DNA of 64,000 nt from Candidatus Latescibacterota bacterium (GCA_965215195.1 CBDCDC010000001.1:736001-800000); one strand, 5' to 3'. Shown: positions 50,881 through 60,211, counted from the first letter of the stretch. Numbers and translations are program-made. The notes: a model not told the origin generated them from the sequence alone.

Positions 50881-51098
50881 ATATGAGCGTATAAGCCAGA
50901 TGGACAAAGGCCCGCTCCGCAACATCGATCTTTTCCATTCATAGCGTACGACCAATCGGCGGAATCCCCGTGTACGCGGGGGCAACCAACAACTCGATTT
51001 TGTAACGCCGTAATTTTCGATCATCTTGGTCGCGCCTAAAGGCGTGGTGAAGCCGCGTTTGGTCTTTCCATCCAAAGCCCCCCTTTTTAGCCCGGCAA

Positions 51099-52607
51099 AT
51101 GATAAAAATCATCTGGAAAAAAGAGTTGCTAGAGCAGCTAACCAGTCGGCGCTTTATCTACTGTACCCTGATTGTAGTATCGCTTATCTGGGTCATCGGA
51201 CTGCTGCGAATAGCAAGTTACGAAAGAGCACAGGTAGAGAAGGATCGGATAGTCGCAGAAACTGCTGACGAACTCCGCAAGATAGATAGCTACCACAAAT
51301 TGCGGACTAGGGTCGTCCGCACACCGAGCCCACTCGAAGTCTTTGACCGGGGCGTCACCGAGCAAAAGAGCTCGGTAGTGCCCATTGAGATATACGAGAT
51401 ACCCTACCTTGCCGATAAGCATACCCTAGCGACCACTGGCAATCCTTTGCTCGCCATAATAGGTGCATTGGATGTCGTTCATGTCATCCAGCTCTTTTTA
51501 GCGTTGTTGGCCATTCTCTTTGCCTGCGAGTCTATTTCAGGCGAAAAAGAAGACGGCACCCTAGCACTGATGCTGACGACGAACGTTTCCCGAATGCAGA
51601 TCGTGACAGGCAAATTCTTGGGCGGTATTACGCTCCTCAATATACCTATCTTCTTAGGCTTTCTCGGTCTGGCAATTTTTCTCATTGCTTCTGAGCATGT
51701 CTGGCTTACAGGGGCCGACTGGATAGGTCTCATCGGGACTTGGATGGCTTCCCTGTTTTACATAGCCATCTTCTACCTGCTTGGCATGGCCGTTTCGTGC
51801 TACACACACACCACTTCGACGAGCCTGATATACAGTCTATTCATCTGGACCTTTTTGGTGATTGTCCTGCCGAGCAGTGTTACATTTTTAGTCAATCAGC
51901 AGTACCATCGGCAAGCGGATGCCCAGCAAGCCAAGGCAATGGAAGAGGAACTGTGGAGCAAGCACCAAAAACATGCTAACGACTTGGTGCGTACGGCGGG
52001 GATGGACCGTACCTACCCCCCGATATACTTGGTCTCTAGTGGGTCTGGGTATGGCGGCGGGAGCACACCGTCTTTCCAGATCGGAGGGATTCGGAAGGAT
52101 GCCCGTATAGCCGACTTCTTAAACATTCTGAAGGCTGGGGAGAATCTACGCCTCCAGTATGCCCAAAAAGTTTGGCATGCTTGCAGTCCTCTTTGGGAAG
52201 GTCGGCCTCGGTCACTCATCCGCCTAAACGATCAGTTACAGAGGATTACGCCGGCCGGGGCCTATCTAGAGGTTACCGGCAGCTTGGCCGGTACGGATGC
52301 AGGGGTTTTTTACGATTTTATCCATCAGGCTCGTCAGTACCGCGAGCAACTCTTGGGATATTTAAGGGCGCACGACGCGTTCGGGAGCATGGAATTTATA
52401 GGTCAACCCAGTATGAGCCGCGAGGAAAGATCGGCTAAGAGATCGGCACTCGATCTCAGCGGTCTTCCCGTCTTTGCCGAGCGCCGTGAGCCTCTTTCCC
52501 AACGGCTAAGTAGAATTGCGCCGGGGTTCCTGTCTCTGTTCATCTATGCGGGCTTAACTTGGCTGGCCGTAATAAGGCTTTTTTCTCGCTACGATATTAT
52601 GCGGTGA
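51099..52607 (+). CDS. ABC-2 type permease B, copy 2
   Basis: Paralog of 46238. Confidence 0.88.
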   Translation: MIKIIWKKELLEQLTSRRFIYCTLIVVSLIWVIGLLRIASYERAQVEKDRIVAETADELRKIDSYHKLRTRVVRTPSPLEVFDRGVTEQKSSVVPIEIYEIPYLADKHTLATTGNPLLAIIGALDVVHVIQLFLALLAILFACESISGEKEDGTLALMLTTNVSRMQIVTGKFLGGITLLNIPIFLGFLGLAIFLIASEHVWLTGADWIGLIGTWMASLFYIAIFYLLGMAVSCYTHTTSTSLIYSLFIWTFLVIVLPSSVTFLVNQQYHRQADAQQAKAMEEELWSKHQKHANDLVRTAGMDRTYPPIYLVSSGSGYGGGSTPSFQIGGIRKDARIADFLNILKAGENLRLQYAQKVWHACSPLWEGRPRSLIRLNDQLQRITPAGAYLEVTGSLAGTDAGVFYDFIHQARQYREQLLGYLRAHDAFGSMEFIGQPSMSREERSAKRSALDLSGLPVFAERREPLSQRLSRIAPGFLSLFIYAGLTWLAVIRLFSRYDIMR

Positions 52608-52614
52608 ACGGACT

Positions 52615-54084
52615 ATGCTAACGACTATTATCAAACGGGAATTCATCGCGCATATCCAAAGCCTGCGGTTTAGCCTTGGGCTGATGCTGTGCGTTGGCTT
52701 GATGGTACTCAATGCGCTCGTCCTCGTCCGTAGTGCCTATCAATTCGAGCAAGATGCCTATATAGAAAACATCTCGCAGCAACACCAAAGGCTGCGCGAT
52801 AATGGTGCCGCCGGCCTGCGACAGCTACTGCTCGAAGGTCCTGGGGTGCTTTATAAGCAACCGAGTGCATTGGCGTTTTGTGCCGGTTTCGCTGACAACA
52901 AATTACCAGACAAAGCGGATACTGGAACGGACGGGATCTATCTAATGGCATATAGTGGGGGTAAATCTATTGATAAAGGTTTTTATTGGCCTTGGATTCT
53001 ATCTTTTCCTACCGAATTAAAGGATGCTCCACTACTCTCCACCGTTATCACCCTTGACTGGGTATTTATCATCGGCGTCTTGCTGAGCTTGGCCGCCTTC
53101 TTGTTCACCCACGACGCCATTGTTGGCGAAAAGGAGAGCGGCGTCCTCAAGCTGGTCATGGCCAACAGCCTGCCACGCCATACGCTGCTGTGGGGCAAGT
53201 TTTGGGGTGCGATGCTGGTCTTGATCGGGGTGCTGCTGCTCTGTGTTACCCTCAATCTGTTGATCGTCTTGATACTCGCCGAGCTGTCGCTGGATTTCTC
53301 GCATGCGGTGCGCATCGGTGTCATGGTCTTGCTCTCTGTGGTCTATCTGGCGGGCTGTGCCGCGCTGGGATTGCTCATATCGGCGCATAGTTCCAGTCGG
53401 CGGGTCAGTCTGACGACCGTGCTCTTCGTCTGGGTGAGTATGGTTTTGCTGTGGCCGCAGATGGGCAAGACCCTAGCCGAGCTATTCCATGAGGAGGTAC
53501 ATGAGTTAGAACACACCAAGCATGTGTACGAGCACGGCGACGGTACTTTCACTTGGCATCCTATTCGGGGGTATGCTTACGGCTTGGCACGGGAGAACAA
53601 TAATCGGCTCGATCCCACGTTTATCAAAGAATTTTCGAGCGCATTGCGGTCAGAACGTACGCACCACCAAGAATTAGCAAATGTCCTGCTACGGCGACGG
53701 GTACAACAGGTCCATTTAGCCCAGAACATCGTCCGGGCCTCGCCCATGGGAGCCTATCAATACGCGATGGAGGCCATGGCGGGTACGGGCCTACCGCGGT
53801 ATCGTCATTTTATCGATCAAGCCCGACGTTATGCACAGTATTTTGAGGGAGTTCTCCTCGCCATAGATCGTGCCGACTCGCGCAGCCTGCATATTCCATT
53901 TGTAAAGAACGGGCTGTCCGCACAAAAGGTAGAGTTGGAGCAGATACCGGTGTTTGCCGAAGACCTCTCCGCGGCGTCGTTAGCCAGCTCGGCCGTTGTC
54001 GATTTGGTTTTGCTGGGCTTCTTTGCGGTGTTCACCTACTTGGCCGCGTACTTGGTCTGGTTGCGTTCGTCTATTGTCGGTTAG
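52615..54084 (+). CDS. ABC-2 type permease C, copy 2
   Basis: Paralog of 47774. Confidence 0.88.
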   Translation: MLTTIIKREFIAHIQSLRFSLGLMLCVGLMVLNALVLVRSAYQFEQDAYIENISQQHQRLRDNGAAGLRQLLLEGPGVLYKQPSALAFCAGFADNKLPDKADTGTDGIYLMAYSGGKSIDKGFYWPWILSFPTELKDAPLLSTVITLDWVFIIGVLLSLAAFLFTHDAIVGEKESGVLKLVMANSLPRHTLLWGKFWGAMLVLIGVLLLCVTLNLLIVLILAELSLDFSHAVRIGVMVLLSVVYLAGCAALGLLISAHSSSRRVSLTTVLFVWVSMVLLWPQMGKTLAELFHEEVHELEHTKHVYEHGDGTFTWHPIRGYAYGLARENNNRLDPTFIKEFSSALRSERTHHQELANVLLRRRVQQVHLAQNIVRASPMGAYQYAMEAMAGTGLPRYRHFIDQARRYAQYFEGVLLAIDRADSRSLHIPFVKNGLSAQKVELEQIPVFAEDLSAASLASSAVVDLVLLGFFAVFTYLAAYLVWLRSSIVG

Positions 54085-54130
54085 GGCTTGTCATGCGTCT
54101 TAAAGACGCTTTACCTGAAAGGTGTTGATT

Positions 54131-54256
54131 ATGTTCCTGCTCATGCTCCTGTTGATCGCCTACCCGATAGGAGCCCAGTTGCCCTCAGAAGTGGTACTAG
54201 ATCCGGTGTATAGCGGCCAAAATAGTACGCACTCGATTGCGTTCAAACCCACCACC
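54131..54256 (+). pseudogene. 5' stub of the DUF1573-like gene at the second junction
   Basis: Same breakpoint (..TTCAAACCCACCACC|TTCCC) as 49456. Confidence 0.8.
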
Positions 54257-54311
54257 TTCCCTGCTTTCGTGCTCCGCAATCTGCCCTATTTTTAATTTTT
54301 TTGCTCTCCCT

Positions 54312-54345
54312 GTAAAACTTTTCTCCGCCAACATCCGTCGTATAA
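54312..54345 (+). promoter_or_regulatory. ECF-type promoter, cassette 3
   Basis: GTAAAAC-N17-CGTCGTATAA. Confidence 0.65.
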
Positions 54346-54387
54346 TGTGAAGACTACAACAGCAACAGCACATGCAGGAGGTTTGCT

Positions 54388-55323
54388 ATGAAAACGCTAA
54401 TGCTATTGTGTAGTGCGCTTATTATCGGCCTAAGTTCGCTATCCTCGCCGAGCCAAGCGCGAGAAGGGGGATATGGCGGCTTTACTTACGAAAACATGCA
54501 GGAGTTTAACAACTACCTAAACGGCCTTGCGATGATTAAGGTTCAAGCAGGCGAAGAGTTGGACCAAGCGATTGACGCTATACCCATTAACTTGGAAACG
54601 GCCATAGACTTGGAGCAAGATCGCGGCTTGCGAGACTGGTTGCGTCAGTATCTGATTGCGTTTTCCGAGTCGGGCAATGATAGCTTGGCGGCGGCCTTTT
54701 ATCTAAGGGCAGGATTTAACAAGGAAAGATATATAGCTCAAAGTATGGGATGGGCTGATTTCGCCCGGGAAAATGCCCAAAATCCAAGCATTACCATCAA
54801 AGGGCCAGACGGTACTACATTAACCAGCGAAGAAGAGATAGAGAAGGTAATTAAAAAGTTCATTGATGGTGTCAGGGCGAGGGCTGAGATCGCTTTGAAG
54901 GAAGGGGCACTACCGCTGTTTCGCTCAATGTACAAAAATGCACTAAGCAACCATGAAGAATATCTTATAGAAAACGTCTCATTTCACGACAGTATCTTTA
55001 GGGTGTTTGAGCTAGAGAAAGGGGATCCGACGTTCTTGGGCTTGGCATCTGATCGAGGAATGGTACCTATGGGATATAGACATTATCCGACAGAGCTAAA
55101 TGGTAAACTCCCAGCACTTTTGGAAGCCGGGGAGAAGATCATTTGTGCGGATATATTATTCATTATAGAGGAGCCACTCGCGCTTACACCTGATCCAGTC
55201 CCAAAACGCACATCATCGTTTTTTCGTTTGATGTGGGATCAAGACAAGAAGCTGTGGCGTCATTTGGAGGCATTCTATAGCCCTGGAGAAGTAGGAAGGG
55301 CCTACTTCTTTAACTTACTGTAA
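54388..55323 (+). CDS. Secreted cassette protein A, copy 3
   Basis: Paralog; nearly identical to copy 4. Confidence 0.82.
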   Translation: MKTLMLLCSALIIGLSSLSSPSQAREGGYGGFTYENMQEFNNYLNGLAMIKVQAGEELDQAIDAIPINLETAIDLEQDRGLRDWLRQYLIAFSESGNDSLAAAFYLRAGFNKERYIAQSMGWADFARENAQNPSITIKGPDGTTLTSEEEIEKVIKKFIDGVRARAEIALKEGALPLFRSMYKNALSNHEEYLIENVSFHDSIFRVFELEKGDPTFLGLASDRGMVPMGYRHYPTELNGKLPALLEAGEKIICADILFIIEEPLALTPDPVPKRTSSFFRLMWDQDKKLWRHLEAFYSPGEVGRAYFFNLL

Positions 55324-55326
55324 AAC

Positions 55327-55380
55327 AGGAGGAATTCGCTATAAAGTAAATTCGTGTAAGTAAGTATCACTCTCGTCGCC
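55327..55380 (+). pseudogene. Decayed leader of an additional peptide precursor
   Basis: RBS AGGAGGA then ATAAAGTAAA-TTCGTGTAAGTAAGTATCACTCTCGTCG, aligning with ATGAAGCAGACTTTCGTGCAAGCAGGCATCTCCCTCGTCG. Confidence 0.55.
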
Positions 55381-55434
55381 ATCTTCTCTTTGTTGAAGAT
55401 GGATTCTCACTCACATTTACAGGAGGAATCCACA

Positions 55435-55638
55435 ATGAAGCAGACTTTCGTGCAAGCAGGCATCTCCCTCGTCGGCATGGCAGCTTGGCTCTTACCGAAC
55501 CAAGCAACGGCCGAGGAGAACTGCAGCGTAACGGCGGGTGGCCACACAGTAACTTGGTCATGCCCTTCTGATGATATGTGCGAATCGACAGTCACTTTCA
55601 GCAATGGTAATGTTTCCATTGAAACCGGCTGTGGATAG
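55435..55638 (+). CDS. Cys-rich secreted peptide 3 (4 Cys)
   Basis: RBS AGGAGG; MKQTFVQAGISLVGMAAWLLPNQATA-EENCSVTAGGHTVTWSCPSDDMCESTVTFSNGNVSIETGCG. Confidence 0.85.
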   Translation: MKQTFVQAGISLVGMAAWLLPNQATAEENCSVTAGGHTVTWSCPSDDMCESTVTFSNGNVSIETGCG

Positions 55639-55660
55639 CACATAGCACATCCATCTAGCA

Positions 55661-55713
55661 AAGATAGAGAGCAGGCAGGTACGCTCAATATTTGCTTACC
55701 TGCTCTCTATCTT
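55661..55713 (+). terminator. Stem-loop after peptide 3
   Basis: AAGATAGAGAGCAGG ... CCTGCTCTCTATCTT. Confidence 0.65.
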
Positions 55714-55732
55714 ATCAGAGGCGGTCAGTGTG

Positions 55733-57238
55733 ATGAAAACCATCTGGAAAAAAGAGTTACTAGAGCAGCTAACCAGTCGGCGCTTTATCTATTGTACCCT
55801 GATTACAGTATCGCTTATATGGGTCATTGGACTGCTGCGAATAGCAAGTTACGAAAGAGCACAGGCCGAGAAGGATCGAATCGTCGCAGAAACTGCTGAT
55901 GAACTCCGCAAGATAGATAGTTACCACAAATTGCGGACCAAGGTCGTCCGCACACCGAGCCCACTCGAAGTCTTTGACCGGGGCGTCACCGATCAAAAGA
56001 GTTCGGTAGTGCCCATTGAGATATACCAGATACCCTACCTTGCCGATAAGCACACCCTAGCGACCACTGGTAATCCTTTGCTCGCCATAATAGGTGCATT
56101 GGATGTCGTTCATGTCATCCAGCTCTTTTTAGCGTTGTTGGCCATTCTCTTTGCCTGCGAGTCTATTTCAGGCGAAAAAGAAGACGGCACCCTAGCACTG
56201 ATGCTGACGACGAACGTTTCCCGAATGCAGATCGTGACAGGCAAATTCTTGGGCGGTATTACGCTCCTCAATATACCTATCTTCTTAGGCTTTCTCGGTC
56301 TGGCAATTTTTCTCATTGCTTCTGAGCATGTCTGGCTTACAGGGGCCGACTGGATAGGTCTCATCGGGACTTGGATGGCTTCCCTGTTTTACATAGCCAT
56401 CTTCTACCTGCTTGGCATGGCCGTTTCGTGCTACACACACACCACTTCGACGAGCCTGATATACAGTCTATTCATCTGGACCTTTTTGGTGATTGTCCTG
56501 CCGAGCAGTGTTACATTTTTCGTCAATCAGCAGTACCATCGGCAAGCGGATGCCCAGCAAGCCAAGGCAATGGAAGAGGAACTGTGGAACGAGCATCAAA
56601 AACAGGCTAACGACTTGGTGCGTACCGCGGGGATGGACCGTACCTACCCCCCGATATACTTAGTCAGTAATGCGTCTGGGTCTGGCGGTGGGAGTACGCC
56701 GTCTTTCCAGATCGGAGGGATTCGGAAGGATGCCCGTATAGCCGACTTCTTAAACATTCTGAGGGCCGGGGAGAATCTACGCCTCCAGTATGCCCAAAAA
56801 GTTTGGCATGCTTGCAGTCCTCTTTGGGAAGGCCGGCCCCGGTCGCTCATCCGCCTAAACGATCAGTTACAGAGGATTACGCCGGCCGGGGCCTATCTAG
56901 AAGTTACCGGCGGCTTGGCCGGTACGGATGCGGGGGTTTTTTACGATTTTATCCATCAGGCTCGTCAGTACCGCGAGCAACTCTTGGGATATTTAAGGGC
57001 GCACGACGCGTTCGGGAGCATGGAATTTATAGGTCAACCCAGTATGAGCACCAAGGAAAGAGCGGCTAAGAGATCGGCACTCGACCTCAGCGATCTTCCC
57101 GTCTTTGCCGAGCGCCGTGAGCCCCTTTCTCAACGGCTAAGTAGAATTGCGCCGGGCCTCCTGTCTCTGTTCATCTATGCGGGCCTAACTTGGCTGGCCG
57201 TAATAAGGCTCTTTTCTCGCTACGATGTTGTGAGGTGA
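55733..57238 (+). CDS. ABC-2 type permease B, copy 3
   Basis: Nearly identical to 51099. Confidence 0.88.
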   Translation: MKTIWKKELLEQLTSRRFIYCTLITVSLIWVIGLLRIASYERAQAEKDRIVAETADELRKIDSYHKLRTKVVRTPSPLEVFDRGVTDQKSSVVPIEIYQIPYLADKHTLATTGNPLLAIIGALDVVHVIQLFLALLAILFACESISGEKEDGTLALMLTTNVSRMQIVTGKFLGGITLLNIPIFLGFLGLAIFLIASEHVWLTGADWIGLIGTWMASLFYIAIFYLLGMAVSCYTHTTSTSLIYSLFIWTFLVIVLPSSVTFFVNQQYHRQADAQQAKAMEEELWNEHQKQANDLVRTAGMDRTYPPIYLVSNASGSGGGSTPSFQIGGIRKDARIADFLNILRAGENLRLQYAQKVWHACSPLWEGRPRSLIRLNDQLQRITPAGAYLEVTGGLAGTDAGVFYDFIHQARQYREQLLGYLRAHDAFGSMEFIGQPSMSTKERAAKRSALDLSDLPVFAERREPLSQRLSRIAPGLLSLFIYAGLTWLAVIRLFSRYDVVR

Positions 57239-57245
57239 ACGCACC

Positions 57246-58727
57246 ATGCTGACGACTATTATCAAACGGGAATTCATCGCGCACATCCAAAGCCTGCGAT
57301 TTGGCCTTGCGCTGATGCTATGCGTTGGCTTGATGGTGCTCAATGCGCTCGTCCTCGTCCATAGTACCTATCAATTCGAGCAAGATGTATATAGAGAAAA
57401 CATCTCGCAGCAACACCAAAGGCTGCGCGATAATGGGGCCGCCGGCCTGCGACAGCTACTGCTCGAAGGTCCTGGGGTGCTTTATAAGAAACCGAGTGAA
57501 TTGGCATTTTGTGCCGGTTTCGCTGACAACAAATTACCAGACAAAATAGATGCTAAAACGCACTCGATCTATATGATGGTACATAAATATATCGGGGGCA
57601 AGGTTAAGAGCATTGATAAGAGTTTTTATTGGCCTTGGATTCTATCTTTTCCTACCGAATTAAAGGATGCTCCACTCCTCTCCACCTTTATCACCATTGA
57701 CTGGGTATTCATCATTGGCGTCCTGCTGAGCTTGGCCGCCTTCCTGTTTACTCACGACGCCATTGTCGGCGAGAAGGAAAGCGGCACCCTCAAGCTGGTC
57801 ATGGCCAACAGCCTGCCGCGCCATACGCTGCTATCGGGCAAGTTCTGGGGTGCGATGCTGGTCTTGATCGGGGTACTGCTCCTCTGCGTCGTACTTAACC
57901 TGTTGATCGTCTTGACGCTCGCCGATTTGTCGCTGGATTTCTCGCACGCCGTGCACATCGGTGTCATGGTCTTGCTCTCTGTGGTCTATCTGGCGGGCTG
58001 TACCTCGCTAGGGCTACTCATATCGGCACATAGTTCCAGTCGGCGGGGCAGTCTGACGACCGTGCTCTTCGTCTGGGTGAGTATGGTCCTGCTGTGGCCG
58101 CAGATGGGGAAGACCATAGCCGAGCTATTCCATGAAGAGGTACATGAGTTAGAACACACCAAGCACGTGTACGAGCACGGCGACGGTACTTTCACTTGGC
58201 ATCCTATTCGGGGGTATGCCCACGGCTTGGCAGATGAGAACAATAATCCGCTCGATCCCACGTTTATCAAAGAACTTTCGAGCGCATTGCGGTCAGAACG
58301 TACTCACCACCAAGAATTAGCAAATGCCCTGCTGTGGCGTCGGGTACAACAGGTCAATTTAGCCCAGAACATCGTCCGGGTCTCTCCCATGGGAGCCTAT
58401 CAATACGCGATGGAGGCAATAGCAGGTACTGGCCTACCGCGGTATCGGCATTTCATCGATCAAGCGAGGAATTACGCCCAGCGTTTCGAGGAGAACCTTC
58501 TCGCCCTAGATCGGGCAGACTCGCGCAGTCTGCATATTCCGCTTGTAAAGAACGGACTGTCCACGCAAAAGGTAGAGCTGGAGCAGGTGCCGGTGTTTGC
58601 CGAAGACCTCTCCGCAGCGTCGTTAGCCAGCTCGGCCGCAGTCGATTTGGTTTTATTGGGCTTCTTTGCGGTGTTCACCTATCTGGTCGCGTACTTGGTC
58701 TGGTTGCGTTCGTCTATTGTCGGTTAG
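57246..58727 (+). CDS. ABC-2 type permease C, copy 3
   Basis: Paralog of 47774 and 52615. Confidence 0.88.
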   Translation: MLTTIIKREFIAHIQSLRFGLALMLCVGLMVLNALVLVHSTYQFEQDVYRENISQQHQRLRDNGAAGLRQLLLEGPGVLYKKPSELAFCAGFADNKLPDKIDAKTHSIYMMVHKYIGGKVKSIDKSFYWPWILSFPTELKDAPLLSTFITIDWVFIIGVLLSLAAFLFTHDAIVGEKESGTLKLVMANSLPRHTLLSGKFWGAMLVLIGVLLLCVVLNLLIVLTLADLSLDFSHAVHIGVMVLLSVVYLAGCTSLGLLISAHSSSRRGSLTTVLFVWVSMVLLWPQMGKTIAELFHEEVHELEHTKHVYEHGDGTFTWHPIRGYAHGLADENNNPLDPTFIKELSSALRSERTHHQELANALLWRRVQQVNLAQNIVRVSPMGAYQYAMEAIAGTGLPRYRHFIDQARNYAQRFEENLLALDRADSRSLHIPLVKNGLSTQKVELEQVPVFAEDLSAASLASSAAVDLVLLGFFAVFTYLVAYLVWLRSSIVG

Positions 58728-58773
58728 GGCTTGTCGTGCGTCTTAAAGACGCTTTACCCGAAAGGCGTTGGTT

Positions 58774-58927
58774 ATGTTCCTGCTCATGCTCCTATCGGTC
58801 GCCTATCCGGTAGGACTTCTTCGCCCGCTTGAGCGGCCAACCGCCCCAAGAGGCCGAACATTACGATGCAATCATGGCACACGTGGGTCTGCACCCGGAG
58901 GCGTTTGATCGGCGGGTCAAGGAGTTC
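58774..58927 (+). pseudogene. Short DUF1573 stub fused to an internal fragment of an ABC ATPase
   Basis: 58814-58927 reads DFFARLSGQPPQEAEHYDAIMAHVGLHPEAFDRRVKEF, resembling the helical segment just before the ABC signature motif. Confidence 0.6.
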
Positions 58928-58974
58928 CTTTGTCCCTGCAATCTGCCCTACTTTTTTAATTTTTTTCTCTCCCT

Positions 58975-59008
58975 GTAAAACTTTTCTCTGCCGACATCCG
59001 TCGTATAG
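58975..59008 (+). promoter_or_regulatory. ECF-type promoter, cassette 4
   Basis: GTAAAAC-N17-CGTCGTATAG. Confidence 0.6.
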
Positions 59009-59045
59009 TGTGAAGACCACAACAGCACATGCCGAGAGGTTTGCT

Positions 59046-59981
59046 ATGAAAACGCTAATGCTACTTTGTAGTGCGCTTGTTATCGGCCTAAGTTCGCTAT
59101 CCTCGCCGAGCCAAGCGCGAGAAGGGGGCTATGGCGGCTTTACTCAAGAAAACATGCAGGAGTTTAACGACTACATAAACGGCCTTGAGATGATTAAGGT
59201 GCAAGCGGGCGAGGAGTTGGACCAAGCGATTGACGCTATACCCATTAACTTGGAAACGGCCATAGACTTGGAGCAAGAGCGCGGCTTGAGAGACTGGTTG
59301 CGCCAGTATCTGATTGCGTTTTCCGAGTCGGGCAATGATAGCTTGGCCGCGGTCTTTTATCTGAGGGCAGGGTTTAACAAGGAAAGATATATAGCTCAAA
59401 GTATGGGATGGGCTGATTTCGCCCGGGAAAATGCTCAAAATCCAAGCATTACCATCAAAGGGCCAGACGGTACCACACTAACCAGCGAAGAAGAGATAGA
59501 GAAGGTAACTAAAAAGTTCATTGATGGTGTCAGAGCGAGGGCTGAGACCGCTTCGCAGAAAGGGGCACTACCGCTGTTTCGCTCAATGTACAAAAATGCA
59601 CTAAGCAACCACGAGGAATATCTTATAGAAAACGTATCGTTTCACGACAGTAGCTTTAGGGTGTTTAAGTTGGGGAAAGAAGATCCGACGTTCTTGGGCT
59701 TGGCATCTGATCGAGGAATGGTACCTATGGGATATAGACATTATCCGACAGAGCTAAATGGTAAACTCCCAGCACTTTTGGAGGTCGGAAAGAAGATCAT
59801 CTGTGCGGATGTATTATTCATTGTAGAGGAGCCATTCGCGTTTACACCTGATCCAGTCCCAAAACGCACATCTTCGTTTTTTCGTTTGATGTGGGATCAA
59901 GACAAGAAGCTGTGGCGTCATTTGGAAGCATTCTATAGCCCTAGAGAAGTAGGAAGGGCCTACTTCTTCAACTTACTGTAA
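59046..59981 (+). CDS. Secreted cassette protein A, copy 4
   Basis: Start at MKTLML by homology to the other copies. Confidence 0.82.
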   Translation: MKTLMLLCSALVIGLSSLSSPSQAREGGYGGFTQENMQEFNDYINGLEMIKVQAGEELDQAIDAIPINLETAIDLEQERGLRDWLRQYLIAFSESGNDSLAAVFYLRAGFNKERYIAQSMGWADFARENAQNPSITIKGPDGTTLTSEEEIEKVTKKFIDGVRARAETASQKGALPLFRSMYKNALSNHEEYLIENVSFHDSSFRVFKLGKEDPTFLGLASDRGMVPMGYRHYPTELNGKLPALLEVGKKIICADVLFIVEEPFAFTPDPVPKRTSSFFRLMWDQDKKLWRHLEAFYSPREVGRAYFFNLL

Positions 59982-60004
59982 ACCTTTTACAGGAGGAATT
60001 TACC

Positions 60005-60211
60005 ATGAAGCGGATATTCGTGCGAGCAGGGGTCTCCCTCGTCGGCCTAATGGCTTGGCTCTTACCGAACCAAGCAAAGGCCCATAGCAACTGCAGCATA
60101 GCGGTGGGGGGTGAAACAATAACGTGGTCATGCCCTTCTGCTGACCAGTGCATAGTGATATTCACTTTTTATAACGATGGTACTTTCTCCTTTATAACTG
60201 GCTGTGCATAG
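60005..60211 (+). CDS. Cys-rich secreted peptide 4 (4 Cys)
   Basis: RBS AGGAGG; MKRIFVRAGVSLVGLMAWLLPNQAKA-HSNCSIAVGGETITWSCPSADQCIVIFTFYNDGTFSFITGCA. Confidence 0.85.
   Translation: MKRIFVRAGVSLVGLMAWLLPNQAKAHSNCSIAVGGETITWSCPSADQCIVIFTFYNDGTFSFITGCA

Noticed and set aside
44668-60211. Assignment of the peptides to bufferins, glycocins, lanthipeptides or ranthipeptides
   Set aside because: No MNIO/DUF692, LanM/B/C, radical SAM or C39 transporter in the window, and the leaders end in AxA rather than double-Gly. Genes beyond 64 kb are unseen.
44668-60211. Diversity-generating retroelement as the source of core variation
   Set aside because: No reverse transcriptase and no template repeat; differences include indels and are not limited to adenines.
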